Numbered from the stretch's first letter, positions 12,434 to 26,039 are shown. The stretch: 64,000 nt of DNA from Phaeosaccion multiseriatum (GCA_965112735.1 OZ218953.1:2294001-2358000), one strand, 5' to 3'. The notes: generated by a model from the sequence alone, not told the origin. Numbers and translations: made by a program.

Positions 12434-13696
12434 GAGTAAAAGCTCTCGCCATCTGCCCCTCTGTGTGCCGCCAACCAAGCAACAAGCAACAAGCACCAAG
12501 CACCGACCAACCAACCAGCCCAATGACAAATACCAACCCAATGACAAATACCAACCCACGAACCAGCCAACCAGCCAACAAACCTGCGAAGCGTTGGTGG
12601 GTACGAGGCCCGGCCCCACCAGGTACATACCGCCCACAGCGGTGAGGCCGGAAATGGCGTTGGTCACGGCCATGAGGGGGGAGTGCAGCGCGTGAGTCAC
12701 ACCGCTCACCACCTGGGGGGGAGGAATGGGGGGATGGCAGTGGACGGTTGGGACAGGGGGGAGGGAGACAAGTTTGTTTAGTAGGGGTGGTGTGCCGCTT
12801 CACGTGTGCATGAGAGCCTCCCAGCACGGCTCAGGACAGGTCCGGAGAGGGCGCTGACGACGCAGGTGGAGGAACCAATAATACCATCCCCTCCTCCCAA
12901 CCCTTTCCTCTGCCCTCTGCTGCCATCCCTGCCCTCCCTCCCTCCCTCCCTCCCTCGTTACTCGCCTGCCAGCCCACCATGCCGGAGAGGGCGAATGTGT
13001 TGAGCATGTTGCTAAAGGCGGGGTTTGGGGAGGCCGTCCCTAACCACACCACCCCTGCACTGCCCAGTGAAGCCTTTAGAGCCCGCTGCATGAACTCCTG
13101 CAAAGGGGGGGGGGGGGGAGGGGTGGCAGGGGATGGCAGATGGCAGCAGACGATAAGCATAAGCAGAGGGCCAAAGAGAGCGGACGTAAGCGAGCCCATC
13201 TGTGACCGTAACCCCAACCCCAAAGCATCCCTTCCCCGCCCCTCCTCCTCGTCTTCTGCCCCTCTTCTCCTTCTGTCCCTCGTCCTCCTCCTCCTCCTCC
13301 TCCCCCTCAACCCCCTCCTCATCCTCGTCCTCATCCTCGTCGTCATGCTCCTCCTCCTCCTCCTCCTCCTCCTCCTCCTCCTCCTCCTCCTGCTGCTGCT
13401 GCTGCTGCTGCATCCCCTCTCTCTCCTCTTCTTCTGCCCCTCTCCCCCTTTTGTCCCTCGTCCTCCTCCTCCTCCTCCTCCTCCTCCTCCTCGTCCTCCT
13501 CCTCCTCCTCGTCCTCCTCCTCCTCCTCCTCCTCCTCCTCAACCCCCTCCTCATCCTCGTCCTCATCCTCGTCGTCATGCTCGTTCTCCTCCTCCTCCTC
13601 CTCCTCCTCCTCCTCCTCCTCCTCCTCCTCCTCCTCCTCCTCCTCCTCATCCTGACCCCCCTCCTCGTCGTCGTCCTCGTCCTCCTGCTACTAACT

Positions 13697-13742
<46 letters not shown>

Positions 13743-16700
13743 AATGCTCATCCCCCTCGTCCTCCACCACGGCACCTGCTTAGGGTCCAGCACGACAGCC
13801 TCGACGCTCTCCACCTCCTCCTCCTCCTCCTTGACGGGGGCCACAGGGGGCGGGGTTGGTGCAGGTGCGGGCCACCTCAGTTCCCCCTGGTCCACAACCA
13901 GCACGCCTCTGAAGCGCAAAGTGTAGGTGGTTGGGAGGGTCGGTCGGTCAGTCTGGAGTTGGTTGTACCAACATGACAACACATACTACCACTTCCTTTC
14001 ACACAATACTTACTACTACATACGTACATACATACGTACACACATACAGATACATACATTGAAAGACAGACAGATCGATACATAACACAGATACTAAATA
14101 TGTATATATACACATCATCAACAGACCTGGTGGCAACATCGCTGTAGTCAATCTGAAACGCCTCCTTGTCGTCCGTGCTGAAGGGCCCCATGCTGGTGAG
14201 TAGCTTGGTGATATTGTTGGAGTACAGCGTGGACGCGGTGGAGGGCAGGCGGCTCGCCAGGTCGGTGTAACCGATGCACGTTACGCCATTGTCTGTCAGC
14301 ACCACCTCGTCCTGAGGGAGGGTGTGAGGAGGAGGGCGTGATGAGGGGTGCGGTGGGGGACATTTGCATCTGAAACGACAAGGCGCCAAACATAGCCAAC
14401 ACAATGCACCCACCCACCCACCCATCCACGCACCCACCCACCCACCCATCCACGCACCCACCCACCCAACCATCCACGCACCCACCCGTCCTCTGCCATC
14501 CCTTCCCTGTGCGCTCACCTTCCGTGTGGTGGCAATGTTCCCTCCCGTCTCAGCGGCAAGGTCGACGGTTACGCTGCCTGCCTTCATGCTCCCCACCATG
14601 TCCTCCGTGATGAGTTTGGGGGCAGGCTTGCCGGGGATGAGCGCCGTAGTGATGACGATGTCAGCCTCTCTGCGAGAGAGGAGGGGGATGATGGGGTATA
14701 GGCATATGAGCATAGGCCGGGCGCTTTGAGCGTGACTACTCACCATCACCATTGGTCCTTTTCCTCCTCCCCCTCATGCTCCTCTCCTCTTTCATTGCCT
14801 CTCTCCCCGCCCGGCGGGAACCCCCGCCCGGCGGGACCCCCCTCCCCTCATCCCCACCCACCACCCGTCCCGCCGCAACAAGCCCCACTCACTTGGTCTC
14901 AGCGGCGAGCATCTTGGCGGCCGCTTCCTTCCATCCGTCGCTCATCTCCTTGGCATACCCGCCTGCTCCAGCCCCGTCCTCCTCAAAGTTGACTTCCAAG
15001 AACTCGCCCCCCATGCTCTCCACCTGCTCCTTGGCCGCTGCACGGGCGTCGAAGCCCTGTTGGTTGACACATTGCAATGCCAAAGCAACGCCAATGCAAC
15101 GCCAATGCAGTTGAGAGAGGGGAGGGGGGCGACGGAATGCACCGGCACCAGGCAGAGGCGTATGGGCAGAGGGAGAGAGCGATGCTCATGCAGAAGCACA
15201 CCAGGGCAACTCTCTCTCTCCCGTCAACCCATACACCTGTAGCCCTCCCCCCAGCACAGCCTGACTCCCTCCCCCGCCCTCCCAGCAACAGCCCCAGCAA
15301 TAGGCCCAGCAACAGCCCCTGCGAAAGTGAATAGCCCCACCGCCCACCCCCTCCTCCCCTCCTCCCACCCCCCCCCTTCCTTCCCCCTTACCTTAACGAT
15401 GGCCCCCAAGTTCTTGGCTGCCTGTATGGCTGCGAGGCCCGCCACACCTGCTCCACACACGAGCACTCGGGCAGGGGGGATGCGGCCAGCGGCGGTGATC
15501 TGCCCGGCGAAGAAGCGCTGAAAGTGGTGCGACGCCTCCACCACGGCACGGTAGCCGGCAATGTTGGCCTATGTACAGGGGGTGGATGGCAGGGAAAACA
15601 CGTACAGTACAGGCATATGGGCAGGGCAGGGTAGAGCAGAGCAGAAGAGAGGAGAGAGGAGCGGAGAGGAGGGGAGGGGAGAGGAGAGAAATGAGAGCAC
15701 AGTCAGGGCAAAGCAGGGCAGCCGGACCACCACCCGCTGATGAAGGGACCAAAGCCCAAAGCCCGTGCAACTCGTACAGGACCGTCACCGTCCCGCCACA
15801 GCCCCCACGCACTAACATGCTCGATCAGTGGAATGCTTTGCTCGCGTTTGGTCGACAGTAAGGTTGTTTTCACTTTCACTTTCACTTTCAGTTGATCAGC
15901 CCCACGCACGCACGCACGCACACACGCACGCACTCACCTGACTGGAGAGCGCGTCAAAGGCCTGCCCGCGGCTCAGCGTCCTCGGCAGACAGTCCATGGC
16001 CAGCGCTGTGGCCCCTTGGCTCTGCAGCTGCTTCACCAGACGGGCGCTCTGATGGATGCCAGGTGTCGGGACCAAGGGATAAAAAGGGAGTTGTCAGGAC
16101 AATGACGGAAACAGGGATCACAAGACCAAGGAGGTGGGGTGGCGGGGTTGTGAGTGTATATATATAGAGTGTATATATATAAAAGAGAGAGAGAGAGAGA
16201 GGGAAGAGGAGAAGGGAAGCCGACAGCGATGAATGGGCTTGGCTCGGCGGTAGGTAGTCGAAGGCGCAAAGGAGTCAAAACAAAGCAAGGGAACGCCATC
16301 ATATTGGAGACACCCATCGAACTCATTGTCTTATCTGTCTATAGTCCCTCCTCCGCCCCACCCTTTCAACCCGACGTCCGTCCGTACCTGCCCCGGCCAC
16401 AGCAGAGACAGAACGGCCCTGTCCTCCAGCATGCCAACCTCAATGTCCGTGGGTTGCCGGACCTGGGGGGATGGATGGAGGCGTATGGATACATAGATGG
16501 AAGACGACCCACAGTGCATTTCGGCTGAGTTGGGGCGGCCACTAGAGAGATGGGGCTTAGAGAGAGGAGGACCCTTCTCTACATTCGGAGACTGAGAAGG
16601 ACTACTCGAGGTTGAAGGAAGGGAGAGAGAGAGAGAGCGTGGGAGGCAGGCACCCCATGTGCTTTGGCCTCGCTTTGTGCTGTGCCCATATGCCTGTCCC

Positions 16701-16899
16701 TATGCCCTGTCCCTGCACCTTTGTACTGACCTTGACGACGAGGTTACTCGCCCACACCTCTTCCGGCTTGTGCACAATGGTGGCTCCCGCCTCTGCGTAC
16801 TGCGCATCTGTGAAGTTGGAGCCCAAGCCCGCCCCGGACTCCACCACCACCGAGATGCCCTTGCCTAAGGGGGGTGCGCAGGTGGTGATACGGCAACAC

Positions 16900-16947
<48 letters not shown>

Positions 16948-17377
16948 GGGATCGCTCGCTCAGACCGGAGTAGTGGAGTAAGGAGCTTTTTGCGGGGGGG
17001 CAGGCTAGCCTTTGGTGGTCAACATACCCTGTGTGCACCACGACCCCGCATGGTCAGCAAAGTAACAAGCTTTGTTACCCACATATGCATATCATAGCTC
17101 CTACTTGCACAAAATTACGTGTGATTACGTACCCGTGAGCAGTTTGACTGTGGCGGGGGTCTGCGCCACGCGCTTCTCTCTGGGCAGAATCTCCTTGGGC
17201 ACGCCCACGGTGAGGTCCTTGTAGGGAATGCGCAGCGTCGTGGTCACCTCCTTCACCACCTGCTCTGCCGCCGCCGCCCCTGCCTGTGCAGATAGCCGGG
17301 GAGTCGTGCTGCTATGGAGGCTTCGAACGGCTGCTCGCTGCAGCTGCAGAGTCCGCCTCCAGGTGTTGGCGCTACTG

Positions 17378-17421
<44 letters not shown>

Positions 17422-17601
17422 CAGAATGGGATTGCACGGCTTGTTTCCACTCTTGATGGCGGCATGGCCGGCGATCGGTGCCCGGCCCTCGTGATGGAAC
17501 TGCCGAAGAGAGGAGGAAACGGCGCTTCTGTTGTTTTGGCTGCTGTGGAAGGCTCGCAGGTTGCAGCCACCGCAGCGCCGGGCCATGAGACGGGAAGTCA
17601 T
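9263..17601 (-). CDS. NNT: Mitochondrial proton-translocating NAD(P) transhydrogenase, single-chain alpha-beta order, multi-exon
   Basis: Exons splice in frame to give [156 protein letters not shown] and [16 protein letters not shown]. Arg/Ser-rich N-terminal presequence MTSRLMARR... Confidence 0.96.
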
Positions 17602-18292
17602 GGCAAGCAAATCTGGCAACAGCCCCTGCTGTTGCTTCTGCTGCTGTGGTGGGCCTGCTGGCGCGAGAGGGTCACAGAAGAGACGAGGGGGAGGGGTAAG
17701 GGTGAAGCAGGGCGGCTCGATAGACAGCACTCATGATGTGCCAAGCTTTGTTGAAGTCCAAGAGAGAGGATTGCAGACGCAGGGCAACATCGCGGGGCGA
17801 GATGAAGAGAGGAGCCGGAAATGTGAAAGGGGGAAGGAGTTACGCAAGCAGGGTTGCGCTCAATTCCCTTTCATTCACCCTCTGCTACTTAAGAAAGATT
17901 CAAAGATTCCTCCTCATCAAAGGCAACTTCAAGAAGATGAGCTAAGTGAGCGTGTCTCAAATCTCAACCCTTACGCCCCCCCACCTCGTCCTCTTACCCT
18001 GCGGCTTGCTTGCACTATGGGCGGCTCAAAGCTCTCGCTTATCGGGAAGATAATGGAGAGAGAAAAAAACAAAAATATCGGGAGATCGACATTTAAAATC
18101 TATGATCAACCTCTACTTTGGGTTGTTGGGTTGTTTTAAGGGGGTGTTTTAGTTTTTTTCGTCCGAGGCGATGTGGCGAGAAAGTGCTTCAACAATAACA
18201 ATAATTCCATCTCCCTCTTCGTCCATTAAGTCCTTCCTTCCCTTCCTTTCCTTTCCTTTGTTCCCTTGGCTCCACTGGGAACGCGACTGACA

Positions 18293-18729
18293 ATGGAGGC
18301 CCATCATCGGCGCCTAAGGCGTCGTCGATGCCTGCCTTCCAGAAGAGGAGCTCTGGTTGTGTCCGTCCTGCTTGGGACGCGAGCTCCCTGGCAAGATGGG
18401 GGCAAGTTCAATGGGATGGTCGGAGCCTCTCCAGCCAGCTCGGAAGGCTCGCTCCTCACGAGCAAGAGGGGGTTCGGGGAGGAGCGGAGCCCGAGAGGGG
18501 TGGGCGGCGGAGGAGGGAGCAGAAGGCCAGAGCAACAGGGGGTGGTGTCAAGGAAGCGGGTGCGCTGGGCGTCCTTCGCGACGGTGTCCCCCCTGACCCG
18601 CGGTGGGGGGCCCTCGGAGCTGCTCGCAGGTGATGGGCAGTGGTTCTCGGGGGGCTGGCCTGGGCGAGGCGCCCGTGATGGCGAGGATACGGGCAAGGGC
18701 AAGCAGCAGCAGCAGCAGAAGGCGAAGCA

Positions 18730-18760
<31 letters not shown>

Positions 18761-20616
18761 TGGCGGCAGCGGTCGCAGCGGAAGATGCTTTGGATTGGGC
18801 GTGGTCGGGCTGACAGGCGGAACAAGGATGACGTGGCGGAGGAGGAGAAGAGCGAGGGGAGAAGAATGGGCAGTTGGAGGAGAGCGAGGCAGAGCCAGAC
18901 CCAAGGAAAGCAGCGAGAGGGGCTATCTACGGTTCAGCCGACTGTGTGGGGCAGCGCACTGCTGCGGCGCGCGGACAACTTTGTTGGGGACCTCGGGGTG
19001 AGTAAGGGACCAAGGGAGGGGGGGAGGGAGGGAGGGAGGTGGCCTGAGGGCGGGAAGGTAGCGAAAGGCTTGTCGCCACTTGGGCGTGCGTTGTGGGTGT
19101 CACCGCAGATCCAGACAGACGGAGGCGTCTCCATGGCACACCACTTCCGTCTTAACTTTTGTGCTCCCTCGTCTCCCTGCCCCCCACCCCACTCCCCCCC
19201 CTTCCCTCAGGGCGCCGCATTTCCCCTCAGACGCTACCGCCGCTTCGTGCTGCGGCGGCTGTCCACCGTGTCTACCCGCCTGTCCAAGTGGCAGGAAGAT
19301 GCCATGGAGCGGGCTGTCGAGCTGCGCCAGGAGTTCAACGCCACCGTCACGCTGCAGAGGGACTTTGAAGAGGAGCGGCAGAGCTTGCAGACCTCGCTGA
19401 AGGCTCTTCAGGAGCTGGACAAGCTGTGGCGCCAGCAGCAACGTAGGCTTGACGCCAACCTAGAAACCTTTCGCGAAAAGTACGACCCCAGCTTGGGCTC
19501 GCTGCTGCTGCTCGAGGACGGAACGTGGGGGTCGGAGTCGGTAGAGACAGCGACAGCGGCCGCCGACACCGCAGCAGTAGCAACAGCAGCAGCAGCAGCA
19601 GCAGCAGAGTCAGGGGGCCTTGGACGAGCCAGCAGGAGGGAGAGGAAAAGACGCCAGAGGGAGGAGCGGCAGCGGCTGCGGGAGAGGGAGCGGTTGGTCG
19701 AAGCGGCGGCGGCGGCGGCGGCTGTAGCAGCAGCCGCGCGGGGGAAGGAGGGAGGCGGGAGCGAGAGCCCCAGGACCATGCTGCTTCCCGCCATGACACG
19801 GACGTTGGAGCTGGACGACCTCGAGAGTGCATTGACTCGGGCGGTACAGCACACCGAGCAAGAGCTTGGTGAGCTGAAGGAGAGGGCGGGGGCGCAGCTC
19901 GGGGACTTGAGGGGGAGCATTAAGGCGCAGAAGAAGGAGCTGGAGGCCACGGTGAGGGAGGACGGAGGGAGGTGGGGAGACGGGGGAGACAGGAGGGTGA
20001 GACAAGAGGGTGAGGGTGAGGGAGATGGAGGTAGGGATGGGAAGAGGAAGAAAGGTAGTGAAAAGAGGAGGAGGAGGAAGGAGGATGAGGGAGGGAGGAA
20101 GAGAGGGGGAGAGGGGAGGCCATCCCCTCCCATCTGTCGACGACTACTCACCCTCCCCCTGCCTCTCTACCCCAGCTGGAGTCCCTTCGGTCGGGCGACA
20201 GGACGCTCCTGCTTAACGCTGCCAAGGTGACGAGGGCGGACCTGCGGGCCAGAAAGGTCCTCTTCGACCAGCGCCTCAGGCCCTTGCTGGAGCAGCAGGC
20301 GCTCTTCAAAGCACAGGTGCAGTGTGCGGGTACACACGTCGGTACACGGCAGAGGAGGAGGAGATAGGGGTCGGGGTCAGAGTGAGAGGGTGAAGCCGAG
20401 GGTCAGGGTCAGGGTCGGGGTCAGGGTCGGGGTCAGGGTCAGGGTCAGAGGGTGAGGGCGAGGGTCAGGGTCAAGGTCGGGGTCAGGGTGAGGGTCAGAG
20501 GGTGAGGGCGAGGGTCAGGGTCAAGGTCGGGGTCAGGGTCAGGGTCAGGGTCAGGGTCAGGCTCAGAGAGTGAGCATAAGACGGAGTCCTACGGGGAGTG
20601 AAGGAGGGGTTGTTGT

Positions 20617-20668
<52 letters not shown>

Positions 20669-21256
20669 TCCTTCCTTCCGACCTGTTTGCCCAGCTTGGC
20701 ACGAGAGATCCCTTGAAGCCCGTGGGAACCGCCTTCGGATGGCCCATGCAGCCGATGTCCCGGTCATACATTGCCTTGAGCCCAATCACAGCCACCCACT
20801 GACTCTCTCACCCACCCCCTCGCATGCCTTCCTTCCTTCCTTCCTTCCTTCCTTCCTTCCTTCCTCCGTCCCTTCCTCTCTTCCTTCCTTTTCGCCTGCC
20901 TTCCTTCTTTTCCTTGCTTCCGCCTGCCCTCTCTTCCCTCTTCGTGCCGTTTGCTTCTCTCCTTCGCGCTGCATTGGGCTCTCTGCCACGCGCCCACACA
21001 GGCTCGCCAAAGCCAAAGCCAATTCGAGGACAAACTGCGGAAGCTTCGAGAGAACACGCGCACCTTCCTCGACCTGGTACGTAATGTTCCACGGTGTGGA
21101 GCTCTACGAACCGAATGTGCCTGCCCGCTTGCGTGGCGTTGGGCTGCATCCCCCGCCCCTTGCTCCATTGCTAGCCCTTAACTCTTAACTTCATACCCCC
21201 CCCTCGCACGCCCCCTCCCTTCTTCCGTGCTCTCTCCTCTCTCTGGTCTCTTTCTC

Positions 21257-21288
<32 letters not shown>

Positions 21289-22425
21289 CTTCCCCTCCTA
21301 CTGCCCCCCCCCCCCCTTCCCTCATGCCTTGGCAGCGCGACGAGTTGATAAGGCGCAAGAGCTCCTCTCTCTGCTTGGCACAGGAGAACGCTCAGGCCAT
21401 CAAGAGGGTCTTGGACCTTACCGCGGACAAGGTGCGGATACGAGCGGTTACAGAAAAACCTATCATACCCCGCCAAGGGGGTGGAGGGGGGGGGGTTAGG
21501 CGCCTGGATGCACACGTGTATCTCTGCTTCTGCCTGCTGCCCATGAACAGACATATCCCTTGGGCTTGATGCTGGCCATCGCGGAGGGAGACATAGGATA
21601 GTAGATCACAGGAGGAAGGGAGCAGCTGACCGCACCTATTCCTCCTCTTTCTGCACCCCCGGCCTTCTCTGTCTCTCCCGAATCGATTCAGTCGTCGTGA
21701 GCTCACGCACTCACCACCCCTCTACACTCTCTTTGTTCTTCTGAATCACCCCCTTTGCCCCTCCCCTCCCCGCAGGAGGGCTGGTCGGAGGTGTCTGCGG
21801 ACGAAGACATGAAGGTGTACCGCAAACTCTTGGAGGACGGAGGATCGGACGGGAAGTTCGCATGTGTCAAAGGTGAGGACGTGCGCACATTGAAAGCAAC
21901 AGTCTCTACTACATGTCGTCAACGTTACGACGCACTCCGCTCACGTGCCTGCTCGCCTGCTTGCCTCCCTTTTTACCTCTCTCTCCCCCCACCCGTCTCC
22001 CCTCTTCCCCTCTCTCTCCCTCCCCACGTATCTATCTATCTACCTACCTCCCTCCCTCCCTCTCTCACAGCAACGTACGAGATGAGAGCCTCTGTGGAGG
22101 CGGTGCAGGAGCTCTTTGCGGACAACTCACGCGTCGCCGAGTACAACAAGTACTTCCTAGAGGTAGGAGGAGGAGATGGCAGCGGACGGCCAGGGATGGC
22201 AGCGAATTGCCGGGGGGGGGGGGGAGAGAGACAGAGAGGGAGGGGCGTGGATGAATGGAGGTGGCAGGGAATGGCGCGAGAGAGGGAGCGAGAGAATCAC
22301 TCGGGGAATTTTATGTGGTAGAGTGGAGCAGGTCGGCCGAGTGCCTGTCAAGCAAGGCACGCAGCACCGTATACCTGCCGTAGCCTACCCCCTGCTTGCC
22401 CTCTTACCGACCTGTCGCCTCCCAC

Positions 22426-22464
<39 letters not shown>

Positions 22465-23333
22465 GCACACACACACTCACGCACGCACACGCACGCACGC
22501 ACACACATACGCCCCCCCCCCCCCTCTCAGGGCCGGGACCTGGAGAGCCTGGACGCCAAGACAAAGGTGGTGTGGGCCCTCAGCCCGGCCATCTTCCCCT
22601 TCCGCCAGCGTGACTACTGCACAGTGGTACATTACCGCACGCTTGACGACGGCACCGTCATCGTGCTCAACAGGGCGGCAGAGCACCCTGAGGCACCCGT
22701 CTCCAAGAAGCTCGTGCGAGCCAAGGCAAGTGTTGCAGTGGGCAAGTGGTGGTGTGATTGATGTGGATGGTGGGTATGGGGTATGGGTGCTTTTATGGGT
22801 GTGGACATGGGTATATATATATATAGAGAGAGAGAGAGAGGGAGATAGGATGGATGTACGCCCCCGAGAGCGACAGGGCGAGGCAGGCCCAAGGGAGGGC
22901 GGAGGCCTGCTCTTTCCTTCTTTTGTGCTGCTGCTCAACATGCTTCCTTGTTTTGCCTTGAAGAGTAAGCTTTGGGGGGGGGCAAGAACAGACGTGATTG
23001 AGGTCTGGCGACAAGACTGTCTATGTATTATGTTGTATGCTCTAACACACCAGTGCCCTCCTCTCTCTCCTCTTCTCTCTCCTCCTCCTCCTCCTCCTCC
23101 TCCTCCTCCTCCTCCTCCTCCTCCTGTATCACCAACAGATCATCCTGGGTGCTAACATCATCGAACCCTTGGGGCCTGACAGATGCAAATTCACCATGCT
23201 AACGCAATTGGATCCAGGCGGTGTCGCCCCCCCCTGGATCGTCAACAAGCTCTCTACCATGGGGCCTCCCCTCTTTCTGCGCAATGTGGAGAGGGCCGCG
23301 AGGGGGGAGGCGACAGAAGACGCCAAGCATTGA
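18293..23333 (+). CDS. Coiled-coil protein with C-terminal START (lipid-binding) domain, multi-exon
   Basis: Late exons give GWSEVSADEDMKVYRK..., AIFPFRQRDYCTVVHYRTLDDGTVIVLNRAAEHPEAP..KLVRAK and IIEPLGPDRCKFTMLTQLDPGGVAPPWIVNKL, all typical START motifs; stop TGA 23331-23333. The N-terminal boundary is less certain. Confidence 0.85.
20389..20566. repeat. Telomere-like hexamer array (TCAGGG and variants) in a START-gene intron
   Basis: Degenerate tandem GGGTCA units with an internal higher-order duplication. Confidence 0.8.
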
Positions 23334-24054
23334 TGTCAAGCACAGGGTGGAGGGGAGGGGCATTGGTGTCAAGCAAGGGTGGAGAAGACAGGGCAATTGC
23401 TGCGGGATGAGGAGGAGGAGGAGGAGGAGGAGGAGGAGGAGGAGGAGGAAGGGTTTTAGATGATTCATTGGGGGATGGGTTTGGGGCTGGTGCCCAGGGG
23501 GGTTGGGTGATGGATGGGAGAGCAAGCTTGTCACGCAGCCGATGGCACCGGGGAGGAGTACAAAAGGGGGGGGGATACGCAATGCTTTTACAATTTGCTT
23601 TTTTTCTTCTGTTCTTTTCAAATTGCACTGTAAGTAGGTAGGAAAATTAGAGGTGGGGGGGGGGCTGTAGGTACGTAAGATACGTAAGGTATGTACATGG
23701 GGGCGTGAGTGCATGTACAGGAAGGAAGGAAGGAGCGAATGGAGGGCTTTGGCTGAGAGGAGAGGCGACAAGTAGGTGTGCAGCGGCGGCAGCATGGCGA
23801 GAGGCCTCACCGTTCGAAGGGAGGGGGAGGGGGAGGGGGAGGGCTTGCCTTGGGGTGTTGCCTTTCCACCACCCGCCCCAGGCGCCCTCGGCCTGCGCAC
23901 AACGGCTGTGCATAACATTGTTACCAAAGTCGAGACAACGCACGAAAAGGGAAACAAAAAATACGAGACATGATTTGCACTCTTTTTTCTGCAGCGCAAT
24001 AGGCTTTCATGGTAGGCGTGTGTTTAACAATCACATCACTCTTTATTCTCCTTA

Positions 24055-24437
24055 CTGCGATTTCGCGGTTGATTGGCACTTTTGACGCCCCGTGAATTCT
24101 TTTTGACGCCAAATGACGATTGCTTTGACGACGTTTGACGACGTTTGAACCCCTTTTTTACCCCCTTTAAAGCCCTGTTTTACACACTTTGACGCCCTTT
24201 GACGCACTTTGACGCCCTTTTGTCTTAATTCGCGTTAATTTTCGCGATTGTTTTTTAGTTGATTTTTTTTAGACGAAAATAAGGCGAAATAAGATAAAAG
24301 GGCGTCAAAGGGCGGCAAACAGGGCTTTAAATGGGGTAAAAAAGGGGTTCAATCGTCGTCAAACGTCGTCAAAGTAATCGTCATTTGGCGTCAAAAAAAA
24401 ATCACGTCAAAAGTGCCAATCAACCGCGAAATCACAG
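24055..24437. mobile_element. AT-rich foldback MITE, about 383 bp, TA-flanked (Tc1/mariner-like)
   Basis: TIR ctgcgatttcgcggttgattggcacttttgacg ... cgtcaaaagtgccaatcaaccgcgaaatcacag; inverted homology extends well over 100 bp inward. TA at 24053-24054 and 24438-24439. Many internal TTTGACG repeats. Confidence 0.88.
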
Positions 24438-24538
24438 TAAAAGAAAGAAACAAAAGAATGGAAACCATCTGTGACGCTGGATGAGGAGTCTGAGTGAGAT
24501 GCCGCTGACAAGACAAAAAAAACATCGATTAAAACGAG

Positions 24539-25972
24539 ATGGCTCGAGCCGCAGCGGTCGCACGCAATGCCGCAGTGGCAGCGATGTGCTTGGTGGGGGG
24601 CTCCTTGCCACCACCAAGCCTGGCCTTCACAGGACAGGCGGTCTCCTCTTTCTCAAAATCCTCCGCTTCCTCTCTCTCACAATCCTCCTCCATTTCCTCT
24701 CTGTCGACCTTCTCCCCGTCGTCGTCGCTGCTCTCCCCTGTAAGCGGAGGAAGAGACGATGCCAGTCTTTTGAGGAGCAGCAGCAGTAGCAGCAGCACCC
24801 CTGAGCCGGAAACCGAGGAGAAGAAGCCGCACATCGCTGTCGTGGGTGGGGGCTGGGGTGGATGGGGAGCCGCCAAGGCTCTTTGCGAGAATGGATGCAA
24901 GGTAATTGAAGTCTGATTCTACATCGCTTAGCGTGTGTACTCTCTTGTGCTGCTGATTCGTGCCTGCCTCGTGAAAGAGCAATTTTTATTAGCCGCTCTC
25001 TTACGCCACCACCACAGCTGGATATCTTCCTATGGGCGTACCAGCTTGTGGTTCCAATGCGTCTGACGGGAGAGCCGCTGGACACATGTTTTTGCTCACT
25101 ATCAGGTGACGCTATTCGACGGCCTTCCCGACCCTACTGGAGAAAAACCATACCTCACGCCCACCGGCAAGCCCTTCGAGGCAGGCACGAGAGGCTTCTG
25201 GAAGGTAAATTGGGACTTACCATTAGCGTGGGGACATGGTGAGGGCGGGAGGAGGTTATTGGTCACTTGTGCACTTAGCAGGCAGTTGCTCACCCCCTAT
25301 CACCTGGTTCCTTGCTTTGTCCCCTCCCCCTCTCCTCCTCTCCTCCTCCTCCTCCTCCTCCTCCTCCTCCTCCTCCTCCTCCTCCTCCTCCTCCTCCTCC
25401 TCCTCCTCCTCCTCCTCCTCCTCCTCCTCCTCCTCCTCCTCCTCCTCCTCCTCCTCCTTCTCCTCCTCCTCTTCCTCTTCCTTCTCCTCCTCCTTCCCCT
25501 CCTCCTCTTCCTCTTCCTTCTCCTCCTCCTCCTCCTCCTCCTTCTCCTCCTCCTCCTCCTCCTCCTCCTCCTCCTCCTCCTCCTCCTCCTCCTCCTCCTC
25601 CTCCTCTTCCTCTTCCTTCTCCTCCTCCTCCTTCCCCTCCTCCTCTTCCTCTCCTCCTCCTCTTCTCCTCCTCCTCCTCCTCCTCCTCCTCCTCCTCCTC
25701 CTCCTCCTCCTCCTCCTCCTCTTTTCCCGTACCACCTACTCCTGCACCTTCCGCTACCGACAGGACTATCCGAACATCGAAGACTTGGTGCGCGAGCTGG
25801 GCATGTCTGAGGACGACGTCTTCTCTCCCTTTACCAACTCCTCCTTCTACAGCCCTGAGGGGATAGAAGCGACCGCACCGGTGTTCAGCAGCAGCAACTT
25901 CCCCGAGCTCCCCTCGCCCCTGGGCCAAATTGCGGTGAGAGAAACCATCATGATCATGTCATCATGATGATC

Positions 25973-26039
<67 letters not shown>

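Noticed and set aside
13240-13745. Duplicated CCT/CTA-rich block with long ORFs in an NNT intron
   Set aside because: Low-complexity slippage duplication; NNT exons join in frame across it.
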